Virus record (IMG/VR): IMGVR_UViG_3300025674_000018
Length of the DNA: 20,000 bases
Strand: one strand, 5' to 3'
DNA from: an uncultured virus (IMG/VR IMGVR_UViG_3300025674_000018)
Lineage: Duplodnaviria > Heunggongvirae > Uroviricota > Caudoviricetes > Kyanoviridae
Shown: positions 8,923-16,816 of the stretch, piece by piece
How the letters are laid out: each line of letters starts with the position of its first letter
Numbering within the stretch: position 1 is the first letter of the stretch
The notes under the pieces: generated by a model
The model's database searches: none
The model's input: the letters and a program-made list of their open reading frames with translations, nothing else
Told to the model about the DNA's origin: nothing
Translations under genes and position numbers: made by a program

Positions 8923-10275
8923 ATGTTCAATTCCGAGCATCTGCAGGAAAAGTGGTCCCCCATTCTTGAGCATTCCGATCTTAACCCGATTGGTGATACC
9001 TACAAGAAGGCAGTGACCGCCGTCCTGCTTGAGAACCAAGAAAAATTCATCCGTGAAGAGCGTGGCATCCTGACCGAAGCCGCTCCTACCATGAGTGCTG
9101 GTTCTAGCCCCGCTGGTTTCAGTGGTTCTGCCACAGCTACAGGTCCTGTTGCTGGTTTCGACCCCGTGCTGATCTCTCTGATCCGCCGCTCGATGCCTAA
9201 ACTGATCGCCTATGATATCGCTGGCGTCCAACCGATGACTGGTCCTACTGGACTGATCTTCGCAATGCGCTCCCGCTATGGCACCGACCGCACCTCTGGC
9301 ACCGAAGCATTCTTCAACGAAGCCGATTCCGAGTTCTCTGCTGAGAACGCTGCTTCTAACCTGGGCGCTACTGCTCAGTCTGGTAGCAACCCTGGTCTGC
9401 TGAATGACGGTGGCACCTACACCAACGCTTCTGGCATGAGCACCGCTCAGTCTGAAGCTCTGGGTGACGCTGCTGGTAACGCTTTCGCTGAGATGAACTT
9501 CTCCATCGAGAAGGTCACCGTGACTGCTAAGTCCCGTGCTCTGAAAGCCGAATACAGCCTTGAGCTTGCTCAAGACCTGAAGGCAGTGCATGGTCTGGAC
9601 GCTGAGTCCGAGCTCGCTAACATCCTCTCCACTGAGGTGCTTGCTGAGATCAACCGCGAAGTGGTGAGAACCGTTTATCGCATCGCTCGTCCTGGCGCTC
9701 AAAACAACACTGCAACTCAAGGTATCTTCGACCTGGACGTTGACTCCAACGGTCGTTGGTCGGTTGAGAAGTTCAAGGGTCTGCTCTTCCAAATCGAGCG
9801 TGACATGAATGCAATCGGTCACGAGACTCGTCGTGGCAAGGGCAACATCCTCATCTGCTCTGCTGATGTGGCATCTGCTCTGTCCATGGCTGGTGTGCTT
9901 GACTACACCCCCGCTCTGTCTGGTAACAGCGGTCTGCTGCCCGATGACAACTCCAGCACCCTTGCTGGTACCCTCAACGGTCGCATCAAGGTCTATGTTG
10001 ACCCCTATTCTGCCAACGTCTCTGACCGTCACTTCTATGTGGCTGGTTATAAGGGCTCTTCTGCCTATGACGCTGGTCTCTTCTACTGCCCCTATGTGCC
10101 CCTGCAAATGGTGCGTGCCGTGGGTCAGGACACCTTCCAGCCGAAAATTGGCTTCAAGACCCGCTACGGCATGGTCGCCAACCCCTTCGCTGAAGGTACC
10201 TCCCAAGGCAGCGGTGCTCTTACCGCCAACGCCAACCGCTACTATCGTCGCGTGCTTGTGGACAACCTTATGTGA
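8923..10275 (+). CDS. gp23: Major capsid protein
   Basis: GVQPMTGPTGLIFAMRSRY, AKSRALKAEYSLELAQDLKAVHGLDAE, FYCPYVPLQ and QPKIGFKTRYG. Probable gp21 cleavage after ILTE (residue 52). Confidence 0.99.
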   Translation: MFNSEHLQEKWSPILEHSDLNPIGDTYKKAVTAVLLENQEKFIREERGILTEAAPTMSAGSSPAGFSGSATATGPVAGFDPVLISLIRRSMPKLIAYDIAGVQPMTGPTGLIFAMRSRYGTDRTSGTEAFFNEADSEFSAENAASNLGATAQSGSNPGLLNDGGTYTNASGMSTAQSEALGDAAGNAFAEMNFSIEKVTVTAKSRALKAEYSLELAQDLKAVHGLDAESELANILSTEVLAEINREVVRTVYRIARPGAQNNTATQGIFDLDVDSNGRWSVEKFKGLLFQIERDMNAIGHETRRGKGNILICSADVASALSMAGVLDYTPALSGNSGLLPDDNSSTLAGTLNGRIKVYVDPYSANVSDRHFYVAGYKGSSAYDAGLFYCPYVPLQMVRAVGQDTFQPKIGFKTRYGMVANPFAEGTSQGSGALTANANRYYRRVLVDNLM

Positions 10276-10296
10276 TCCATCTTTGGATACTCACAC

Positions 10297-10322
10297 AGGG
10301 GACCTTCGGGTCCCCTTTTTTT
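10297..10322 (+). terminator. Rho-independent terminator after gp23
   Basis: AGGGGACC-TTCG-GGTCCCCT stem with a C(UUCG)G tetraloop, followed by a T-run. Confidence 0.95.
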
Positions 10323-10349
10323 ATACATAGATAAGATTAGGTCATCGTC

Positions 10350-10544
10350 ATGCACAAACCATATTCCCAGGAATGGCACAGGTATCGATATCTGAAGGAA
10401 GCCATTTACAAGTATATTGAAGATGGGGTGGATCCGACTTTTATTATGGATGATCTTCGTGATATTCTCCATATGAGATCGGAGATGGCATACGAAGAAT
10501 TTTCTAGAATCAATCAATTAGAGCACTATCTTTCGGACGAGTAA
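10350..10544 (+). CDS. Hypothetical protein (64 aa)
   Basis: ATG-started ORF directly after the terminator and tightly packed with the next ORF. Confidence 0.75.
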   Translation: MHKPYSQEWHRYRYLKEAIYKYIEDGVDPTFIMDDLRDILHMRSEMAYEEFSRINQLEHYLSDE

Positions 10545-10545
10545 C

Positions 10546-10863
10546 ATGCTTTCAACTCAGTATAGACTGCGCCTTGAGTTTATCTGTAAATGCATTGCTA
10601 ATGGAGAAGAAGTTAAACTAGAAGATATGATCTGGGCAGAGAAGTTGGGTAAAGCAAATACTTCTGCCAGAGAAATGCTTAAAAGAGCAAGAGGACGTGC
10701 TGCTAACCCTGATATGCAAGAGGGTAGCATGGACGACTTCATGAATAAGATGGGATTAGGTGACCCCGATCCATCGAATCATCGCACTGGTTTTGGTAGT
10801 GCTGATGAGATTGTGGATTGGTTTAATCAAGACAAACCAGATGACTGGAGACAGCGTGATTGA
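10546..10863 (+). CDS. Hypothetical protein of a cyanophage/cyanobacterial type (105 aa)
   Basis: MLSTQYRLRLEFICKCIANGEEV...DDWRQRD, recognised from memory as a recurrent cyanophage small protein. 1-nt gap to the previous ORF. Confidence 0.85.
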   Translation: MLSTQYRLRLEFICKCIANGEEVKLEDMIWAEKLGKANTSAREMLKRARGRAANPDMQEGSMDDFMNKMGLGDPDPSNHRTGFGSADEIVDWFNQDKPDDWRQRD

Positions 10864-10903
10864 TCCTCATACGCTGACATAAGTCAGTAGATATACCCAT
10901 AAA

Positions 10904-10911
10904 AATAAATA
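10904..10911 (+). promoter_or_regulatory. Late promoter box (AATAAATA)
   Basis: Intergenic, about 34 nt before ATG 10945. Confidence 0.7.
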
Positions 10912-10944
10912 GTTACTATCATAGTGGAAGGTGTTTTTATTATT

Positions 10945-11112
10945 ATGCCCAGATCTCGCTTGGACCGTAATGATATGGTCCACAAACTGCTAGGAATGAA
11001 AACGGCTTTATTTGAGGATTCCGATAGTCGGTTTGATACAGATGAGAAGAAAGAGGCAGCACACCAAGTACTGAACACTCTGTTAGACTATCTCAATGAG
11101 TTTACCTACTGA
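10945..11112 (+). CDS. Hypothetical protein (55 aa)
   Basis: ATG 10945 (MPRSRLDRND) preferred over the GTG at 10924, which is too close to the promoter box. Confidence 0.75.
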   Translation: MPRSRLDRNDMVHKLLGMKTALFEDSDSRFDTDEKKEAAHQVLNTLLDYLNEFTY

Positions 11113-11236
11113 AGAAGACTACAAAGTATTAAAGGATCGTGTCATCCAAGCTAAGGTGGATATCCTAATGGAAGAACCATGTCCCCTATATGACGGGGAA
11201 GACGATTATGCTTCAGAGGATGTCCACTATGGATAA
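11096..11236 (+). CDS. Hypothetical protein (46 aa), absent from the ORF track
   Basis: Manual translation: MSLPTEEDYKVLKDRVIQAKVDILMEEPCPLYDGEDDYASEDVHYG*. Overlaps both neighbours slightly and fills the gap. Confidence 0.65.
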   Translation: MSLPTEEDYKVLKDRVIQAKVDILMEEPCPLYDGEDDYASEDVHYG

Positions 11237-11417
11237 AGAAGAAATTCAAAAAATGATCGATGTGAGTATTGCCGATGCAATTCGTAGACACAACCGTAAT
11301 GCTTCAATTATTTCTATGTGTGTTGGTTGGGTCGTTCTTGCTCTTTTTGCTGAAGGTCTCCTCCGACTCATAGGTGTAATCCCGCCAGTATTCCCATGGC
11401 TCAACATCACATTGTAG
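11229..11417 (+). CDS. Small putative membrane protein (62 aa)
   Basis: Start reassigned to ATG 11229 (MDKEEIQKMID). Hydrophobic segment IISMCVGWVVLALFAEGLLRLIGVIPPVFPWL. Confidence 0.8.
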   Translation: MDKEEIQKMIDVSIADAIRRHNRNASIISMCVGWVVLALFAEGLLRLIGVIPPVFPWLNITL

Positions 11418-11581
11418 AGTGGGTGGGGGTGATTGCCCTATTCCTTTTTGGTATAACTATGATGGTGCAAGGGCATTTCATAGTCCATAACAAGCACGGG
11501 TATTCCCGAAAGGATCACGAAGATCAAGACCATAGAGATTATGTCCGTCGTCAGATGGAAGAAATTATCAAAGGAAAGTAA
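11396..11581 (+). CDS. Small putative membrane protein (61 aa)
   Basis: N-terminal hydrophobic helix WVGVIALFLFGITMMV and a charged, His-containing tail. Confidence 0.7.
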   Translation: MAQHHIVEWVGVIALFLFGITMMVQGHFIVHNKHGYSRKDHEDQDHRDYVRRQMEEIIKGK

Positions 11582-11583
11582 CC

Positions 11584-11757
11584 ATGGATGAATGCATCAA
11601 CTTCAGTGACACAGAGTACAAACTACTCGCTAAGGCTATCTGGCACACCCAGCGACGCTACATCGCAGGTGATAAGATGTTTAAGGAATACGGTGCGATC
11701 CTCGATAAGTTGTCGGAGATCGGATTTAACTACCCTAAATACTCAGGTAGAGACTGA
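11584..11757 (+). CDS. Hypothetical protein (57 aa), absent from the ORF track
   Basis: Manual translation MDECINFSDTEYKLLAKAIWHTQRRYIAGDKMFKEYGAILDKLSEIGFNYPKYSGRD*. AGGA upstream. Fills the gap up to gp3. Confidence 0.75.
   Translation: MDECINFSDTEYKLLAKAIWHTQRRYIAGDKMFKEYGAILDKLSEIGFNYPKYSGRD
11734..11741 (+). promoter_or_regulatory. Late promoter box (CCTAAATA) for gp3
   Basis: TAAATA core about 23 nt before the gp3 ATG, inside the 3' end of the upstream ORF. Confidence 0.65.
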
Positions 11758-11763
11758 TAAAAG

Positions 11764-12339
11764 ATGACTACCTGGAATAAGCAGATTGAAAATAGAAACT
11801 TCCTGTCACCGATTGGATTCAAACTCGGTCTGGCAAAGTTTCCTAAGGTTGCATATTTCTCTCAATCTGCAAACCTTCCTGGTATCAACAACACCACACC
11901 AGAGCAATCTACCTTCTATGGTAGAGGTCTTCCGATGGATGGTTTCACACAGTATGAAGACTTCCAGATGACCTTCTTGGTTGACGAAGATCTGGAAAAC
12001 TACACGCTGGTCCACAACTGGTTGAGAGCACTTGGCACACCTGAGAGCACCAAGGACCGTCGTTTTTACATCGAGTTTATTAAAAACAAATACAATCAAC
12101 CGAATCTTAAAGAGTTTGATCTGATCTCTGCTGATGCCACACTTGCTGTGCTCAACAGTAACTTTAGGTCAAACTTTTTTGTCACATTCCAAGGTCTGTT
12201 TCCTACGAGTTTGTCTGGAATCCAGTTTAATGCTACACTAGACGGTAGCGACGCTGCAACAGCAACAGTTAACTTTAGATATCTGTTGTATGAAATCCAA
12301 GACGCTGCTGATTCCCGTAGAATAACTAACCTTGAATAA
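11764..12339 (+). CDS. gp3: Tail completion / tail tube terminator protein
   Basis: NRNFLSPIGFK, FSQSANLPGI, FLVDEDLENY, ADATL and LFPTSLSGIQF motifs. Position before uvsY is typical of cyanophages. Confidence 0.9.
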   Translation: MTTWNKQIENRNFLSPIGFKLGLAKFPKVAYFSQSANLPGINNTTPEQSTFYGRGLPMDGFTQYEDFQMTFLVDEDLENYTLVHNWLRALGTPESTKDRRFYIEFIKNKYNQPNLKEFDLISADATLAVLNSNFRSNFFVTFQGLFPTSLSGIQFNATLDGSDAATATVNFRYLLYEIQDAADSRRITNLE

Positions 12340-12764
12340 TGAATCTAGATAAAATTCAAGAGATGTGGCAGAAGGACTCTGAGCTCCACAGAGACTTGCC
12401 TGAGCTCCTCGCCAATGACAGTCTCGACACTGCTCGGTTACACTCTAAGTATCTGACCTATTGGAATGAATTTAGGTTGATGTTGTCCGAAGCAGAGGTA
12501 AAGTATAGGAAACTCAGACTTGATAAGTTTGAGTATTATTCTGGCAAGAAGACGATCGATGGCAAGGCATTCCCCACCAAAGTGCTGAAGGGTGACCTTG
12601 ATCTATACATTGATGGTGATGAAGAGATGTGCAGAGCCAAGGCAAAAATTGACTACCTTGATACTTGCATAAATTCTATTGAAAGGATTCTCAAACAAAT
12701 CGACAACCGTGGATTTTCAATCAAGAATGCTTTCGACATCATCAAGTATTATGCAATTAGATGA
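12339..12764 (+). CDS. uvsY: Recombination mediator UvsY
   Basis: 141 aa with LHSKYL, EYYSGK and IDNRGFSIKNA motifs, directly upstream of uvsW. Confidence 0.92.
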   Translation: MNLDKIQEMWQKDSELHRDLPELLANDSLDTARLHSKYLTYWNEFRLMLSEAEVKYRKLRLDKFEYYSGKKTIDGKAFPTKVLKGDLDLYIDGDEEMCRAKAKIDYLDTCINSIERILKQIDNRGFSIKNAFDIIKYYAIR

Positions 12765-14221
12765 CAACAGTTGAAAAGAAAAACGAAGTCTTCCTCAAGA
12801 TTGACGCCGAGCAACACATTCATAAAGAGTTGTCGGAATACTTTTGTTTCGATGTCCCAAATGCAAAGTTTATGCCTCACTATAAGAAGAGGCATTGGGA
12901 CGGGAAGATTCGTCTCTATTCACCTGGCACAGGAGAGATCTATGTAGGTCTCTATAATTACCTTAGAGAATTCATGTCCAAGAAAGGATATGAATACACC
13001 ATCAAAGACAATAAGTTTTACGGTCTTCCTGAGGGAGAAGAAGAGTATGTCAGCCCTGAGAGTGTTACGAGCTTTGTTAGATCTTTGGGTCTGCCTTTCA
13101 AGGTCCGAGATTACCAACTCAGAGCAATTTTCCAAGCACTTAAGCATCGTAGGAAGTTACTACTATCCCCCACAGGATCGGGAAAGTCCCTGATTATCTA
13201 TTGTCTGATCCGATGGTATATGGAGAAGGGTCTAGATACCCTCATCATTGTCCCCACAACCTCCCTGGTTGAGCAGTTGTATAAGGACTTTGAAGATTAT
13301 GGTTGGAAGGCAGATGCGTATGTCCACAAGATCATGGGTGGGCGAGAGAAGTATGTGAAGCACCCTGTAGTGATCTCCACCTGGCAATCGATCTATAAAG
13401 AGCCACGCAATTTCTTTGAAAGGTTTGATGCTGTCATCGGTGATGAGGCACACCTCTATAAGGCAAAGTCTCTTGTGGGTATTCTCACTAAGATGACTGA
13501 TACAAAATATCGCGTTGGACTTACTGGCACCCTAGATGGATTGCAGACACATCAGTTGGTCCTGGAGGGATTGTTTGGTGCATGTGATCAGGTCACCAAG
13601 ACAAAGGAATTGCAAGACAAAGGTCACCTCACACAACTAAAGGTTAAGATCCTTCTACTGAAGCATGGATGGGTCCCGTTTGATAGTTATCAACAGGAGA
13701 TGGATTACATCGTTTCACACGAGAGGCGAAACAAATTTATCACCAGACTGTCTTTGGATCTTGAAGGTAATACTTTGATTCTCTTTAACTACATCGAGAA
13801 GCATGGTGAGCCACTATACGAAATGATAAATAGTAAAAGAGGCGACCGTAAGGTGTTTTTCATCCACGGTGGCGTCGATATTGAGGACAGAGAAGAAGCG
13901 AGACAGATTACTGAAAGAGAAACTAATGCTATAATCGTAGCAAGTTATGGCACTTTCTCCACTGGTATCAACATTCGCAACCTGCATAATGTAATTTTTG
14001 CTTCTCCATCCAAGTCTAGAGTGAGAAATTTACAATCTATTGGTAGAGTATTGAGAAAGGGTGAGAATAAAGCACAGGCAGTATTGTATGATATTGCCGA
14101 TGATTGCTCTAAAGGATCCCAGCATAACCACACTTTCAGACATCTTCTTCACCGCATGGCGATTTACGATTCTGAAGAATTCGATTATGAATTAACCAAG
14201 ATAAAATTTAACCACAGATGA
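12761..14221 (+). CDS. uvsW: SF2 DNA/RNA-DNA helicase UvsW
   Basis: WDGKIRL, SPTGSGKS (motif I), DEAH (II), GLTGT (III), FSTGINI and QSIGRVLR (VI). Confidence 0.97.
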   Translation: MTTVEKKNEVFLKIDAEQHIHKELSEYFCFDVPNAKFMPHYKKRHWDGKIRLYSPGTGEIYVGLYNYLREFMSKKGYEYTIKDNKFYGLPEGEEEYVSPESVTSFVRSLGLPFKVRDYQLRAIFQALKHRRKLLLSPTGSGKSLIIYCLIRWYMEKGLDTLIIVPTTSLVEQLYKDFEDYGWKADAYVHKIMGGREKYVKHPVVISTWQSIYKEPRNFFERFDAVIGDEAHLYKAKSLVGILTKMTDTKYRVGLTGTLDGLQTHQLVLEGLFGACDQVTKTKELQDKGHLTQLKVKILLLKHGWVPFDSYQQEMDYIVSHERRNKFITRLSLDLEGNTLILFNYIEKHGEPLYEMINSKRGDRKVFFIHGGVDIEDREEARQITERETNAIIVASYGTFSTGINIRNLHNVIFASPSKSRVRNLQSIGRVLRKGENKAQAVLYDIADDCSKGSQHNHTFRHLLHRMAIYDSEEFDYELTKIKFNHR

Positions 14222-14658
14222 TTAACTACATTCAACACGAACAAGAGTTTTACGGGGTCATCAAACTTATCTCTGGTGAGGAAGTCTTGGGACCCATGCT
14301 GGCGACAGAGGAGGAAGGTCAGACTGTGATCTTTGTCTCCCACCCCGCAAAACCCCATAGCACATTTGTTAATAAGAGCGAGACCCAACAGGGGATTGCC
14401 ATCGGGTTTACCAAGTGGATGATGTTCGCTGAAGAAGATTTTTACATCGTGAATGAGTCTGATGTTGTTTGCATTGCTCCTATGAGTGATGATGCGATTC
14501 AGATGTATAAGATGTGGTTACTGCGAGAGTATGGCAAAGACGCCGATGATGATTACTTCCACGCTTCGATCAACGAAAACATGGGTTTAGTTGGCAAGGT
14601 TGATGAATTGAGAAAGCAACTGGAGAAGCAGTGGAAGAATAGTAATAGTGTTGACTAA
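14218..14658 (+). CDS. Hypothetical protein, possible Sm-like fold
   Basis: ATGA-coupled to uvsW. IKLISGEEVLG and a beta-rich N-terminal half resemble phage Sm-like proteins (fold is inferred). Confidence 0.8.
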   Translation: MINYIQHEQEFYGVIKLISGEEVLGPMLATEEEGQTVIFVSHPAKPHSTFVNKSETQQGIAIGFTKWMMFAEEDFYIVNESDVVCIAPMSDDAIQMYKMWLLREYGKDADDDYFHASINENMGLVGKVDELRKQLEKQWKNSNSVD

Positions 14659-14679
14659 TACTTAAATATAAGTTATATT
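14651..14679 (+). promoter_or_regulatory. Sigma70-type promoter for gp55 (TTGACT-N17-TATATT) with nested late box CTTAAATA
   Basis: -35 at 14651-14656, -10 at 14674-14679, each 5/6 consensus with a 17-bp spacer. CTTAAATA at 14661-14668. Confidence 0.75.
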
Positions 14680-14705
14680 AGTCACATGAATTGTTACGTC
14701 AATAC

Positions 14706-15188
14706 ATGCAGACTTTTTACATGCCACAAAAAAGGAAGCAGCACTATGTAGATAATAAAAGGTTTCTCGACGAGCTCGTTGTCTATAGACAAGCCGTCAA
14801 GATTGCTGCGTCCGAAGGCAAACCTAAGCCCAGGATTAACAATTACATCGGTGAATGCTTCCTTAAGATTGCTACACATCTTTCTTATCGTCCTAACTTT
14901 ATCAACTACATGTATAAAGAGGACATGATTTGCGATGGTATCGAAAACTGTGTCCAATACATCGACAACTTCGATCCTGCTAAGTCAACTAACCCATTCG
15001 CATACTTTACCCAGATCGTTTACTATGCATTCCTGAGACGCATTGCTAAGGAGAAGCGTCAGATGGACATCAAAGATAAACTGATTGAGAAGAATGGTTA
15101 CGACGAGGTGTTTTCGATTGACGGTAGTGACGACTACGCTACAATGAATTCGATCAAGTCTCGGATCGAGACCACTATGAGGGGTTAA
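14706..15188 (+). CDS. gp55: Late transcription sigma factor
   Basis: HYVDNKRFL, YIGECFLKIATHLSYRPNFINY, DGIENC and NPFAYFTQIVYYAFLRRI. Start is ATG 14706 or 14721. Confidence 0.96.
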   Translation: MQTFYMPQKRKQHYVDNKRFLDELVVYRQAVKIAASEGKPKPRINNYIGECFLKIATHLSYRPNFINYMYKEDMICDGIENCVQYIDNFDPAKSTNPFAYFTQIVYYAFLRRIAKEKRQMDIKDKLIEKNGYDEVFSIDGSDDYATMNSIKSRIETTMRG

Positions 15189-15191
15189 TGA

Positions 15192-15470
15192 ATGCCAGAT
15201 GTGAAGATACACGAGTATGACAAGTGGGTTACTGACTGGTCAGTCTTTGTCGGTGACGAAGATCTGGGTAAGGTCAGACTTGTCAAGACTCGTTTCGGTA
15301 TGCACAAGAGTTATCACGAGGATGGTAGGGAGTTGATTCTTGCCATTGAATACGATCACTGCTTGAGTGCAACCTATTGGCATTTGAAATGGAAGCGTGA
15401 TGGTTACGAGCCACCTGTGGGCATGGAGGATGTCAAGACCTACGACAGTGTTGTCGGAGGAAAACTGTGA
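15192..15470 (+). CDS. Hypothetical protein (92 aa)
   Basis: Fills the gp55-gp47 gap on the coding strand and ends YDSVVGGKL. Confidence 0.8.
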   Translation: MPDVKIHEYDKWVTDWSVFVGDEDLGKVRLVKTRFGMHKSYHEDGRELILAIEYDHCLSATYWHLKWKRDGYEPPVGMEDVKTYDSVVGGKL

Positions 15471-15476
15471 TACAAT
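15468..15476 (+). promoter_or_regulatory. Candidate extended -10 promoter (TGaTACAAT) for gp47
   Basis: TGn+TACAAT about 22 nt upstream of ATG 15498. No good -35. Confidence 0.45.
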
Positions 15477-15497
15477 TGAAGTCCACTGGTATTGGTT

Positions 15498-16526
15498 ATG
15501 AATATACTGCTCATTACGGATCAGCATTTTGGAGTAAGGAATGACAACCTTGTCTTCATTGACAAGTATAGGCAGTTTTATTCCAATGTAGTAATCCCAA
15601 CTATTGATAAGTTGGGAATCACCGAAGTCATTGCTCTCGGAGATACCTTTGATAGACGCAAGAGTATCAACTTCAATTCACTCGAAGCAGCAAAGGAGAT
15701 GTGGTTTGACGCTCTTGCCGAGCGTGGTGTGCATCTCACGATGCTGGTAGGTAATCATGATATCTACTACAAGAATACTCTTCGCATCAATGCCCCAGAT
15801 CTCCTTCTCGGAGAGTACAGCAACATTGATGTCGTCGATGTGCCTTGTCAACGTAGAGTTGGTGACACTGATATACTTCTTCTGCCTTGGATTTGTGATG
15901 ACAATAGATCTTCCACCATGGCAGAAATCGAGAATAGTGATGCATCTATCTGCATGGGCCATCTTGAGCTTAACGGTTTTGAAGCTCTTCCTGGTCACCG
16001 TATGGAGCATGGTGACGACCCATCCATATACTCAAAGTTTGATCTGGTCTGCTCAGGACATTTTCACATGAAGTCCCGAAAGGGACATATCAACTATCTT
16101 GGTAATCCGTATCAGTTATACTGGAATGACTACGGTCAGAAACGTGGATTCCATATCCTAAATACTGATACAAAGAAGTTAACCTTCCATCGCAACCCAT
16201 ACGATATCTTCCAGAAGATCTATTATACCGATGACTGCCTAGAGCGTGTCAAAGAAATGGACTTGAAAGGATCTTATGTGAAACTTGTTGTTGAGAATAA
16301 GGATGATCAACTTAAATTTGATCAGACCATTCGTTACCTTCAGCACTGTGAAGCAGCAGATCTTAAAATCATCGAAGATACCACCTATGAATTGGGTGAA
16401 GATGTTGACGATGTTGAAGTGGAAGATACTCTGACAATTCTTGAGAGGTGCGTCTCTGACATGCCAAACAAAGATTCTATCTTTGGAATTCTCAAGTCTC
16501 TCTATGTAGAATCGCTTGAAGTGTAA
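15498..16526 (+). CDS. gp47: Recombination endonuclease subunit (Mre11/SbcD-like)
   Basis: Metallophosphoesterase motifs TDQHFG, LGDTFD, GNHD, GHLE and SGHFH. ATG 15498. Confidence 0.96.
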   Translation: MNILLITDQHFGVRNDNLVFIDKYRQFYSNVVIPTIDKLGITEVIALGDTFDRRKSINFNSLEAAKEMWFDALAERGVHLTMLVGNHDIYYKNTLRINAPDLLLGEYSNIDVVDVPCQRRVGDTDILLLPWICDDNRSSTMAEIENSDASICMGHLELNGFEALPGHRMEHGDDPSIYSKFDLVCSGHFHMKSRKGHINYLGNPYQLYWNDYGQKRGFHILNTDTKKLTFHRNPYDIFQKIYYTDDCLERVKEMDLKGSYVKLVVENKDDQLKFDQTIRYLQHCEAADLKIIEDTTYELGEDVDDVEVEDTLTILERCVSDMPNKDSIFGILKSLYVESLEV

Positions 16527-16816
16527 TGTCGAAGAATGACCCAGATAAAATGTATGTCCTCGTGGACGAAGAGAGCGGTGGCGTATATGCTGTCTGGGAT
16601 GAATCTTGTCAAGAAAGAATCGTCCAACTCTTTGTTGCCAACGACGACGCAGTGAGGTATCATGGTTTACTTGAAGCGATGGACTTCCCAAGACAACTTG
16701 AGATCTCCGAAGTGGACAGACATGATGTCATCGAAAACTGCAAAGCACACGGGTATCGATACACCTTGATTTCCGAAAATGACATTGTTATACCACCCGC
16801 AACCTTAACAGAATGA
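16526..16816 (+). CDS. DUF3110-like protein (cyanobacterial family)
   Basis: GVYAV...VQLF..DDAVRYHGLLEAMDFP...C..HGY..LI....VIPP pattern matches my recollection of DUF3110. Start and stop overlap both neighbours. Confidence 0.75.
   Translation: MSKNDPDKMYVLVDEESGGVYAVWDESCQERIVQLFVANDDAVRYHGLLEAMDFPRQLEISEVDRHDVIENCKAHGYRYTLISENDIVIPPATLTE

Noticed and set aside
8893..10206. 437-aa antisense ORF opposite gp23
   Set aside because: Same codon-bias shadow effect in a highly expressed gene. The protein has no credible features.
10326..10333. CATAGATA as a late promoter for the 10350 ORF
   Set aside because: Mismatch in the TAAATA core. Possible but not supportable.
11190..11228. Upstream starts for the 11417-ending membrane ORF
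   Set aside because: The region is better explained by the 11096-11236 ORF. ATG 11229 has GAGGA upstream.
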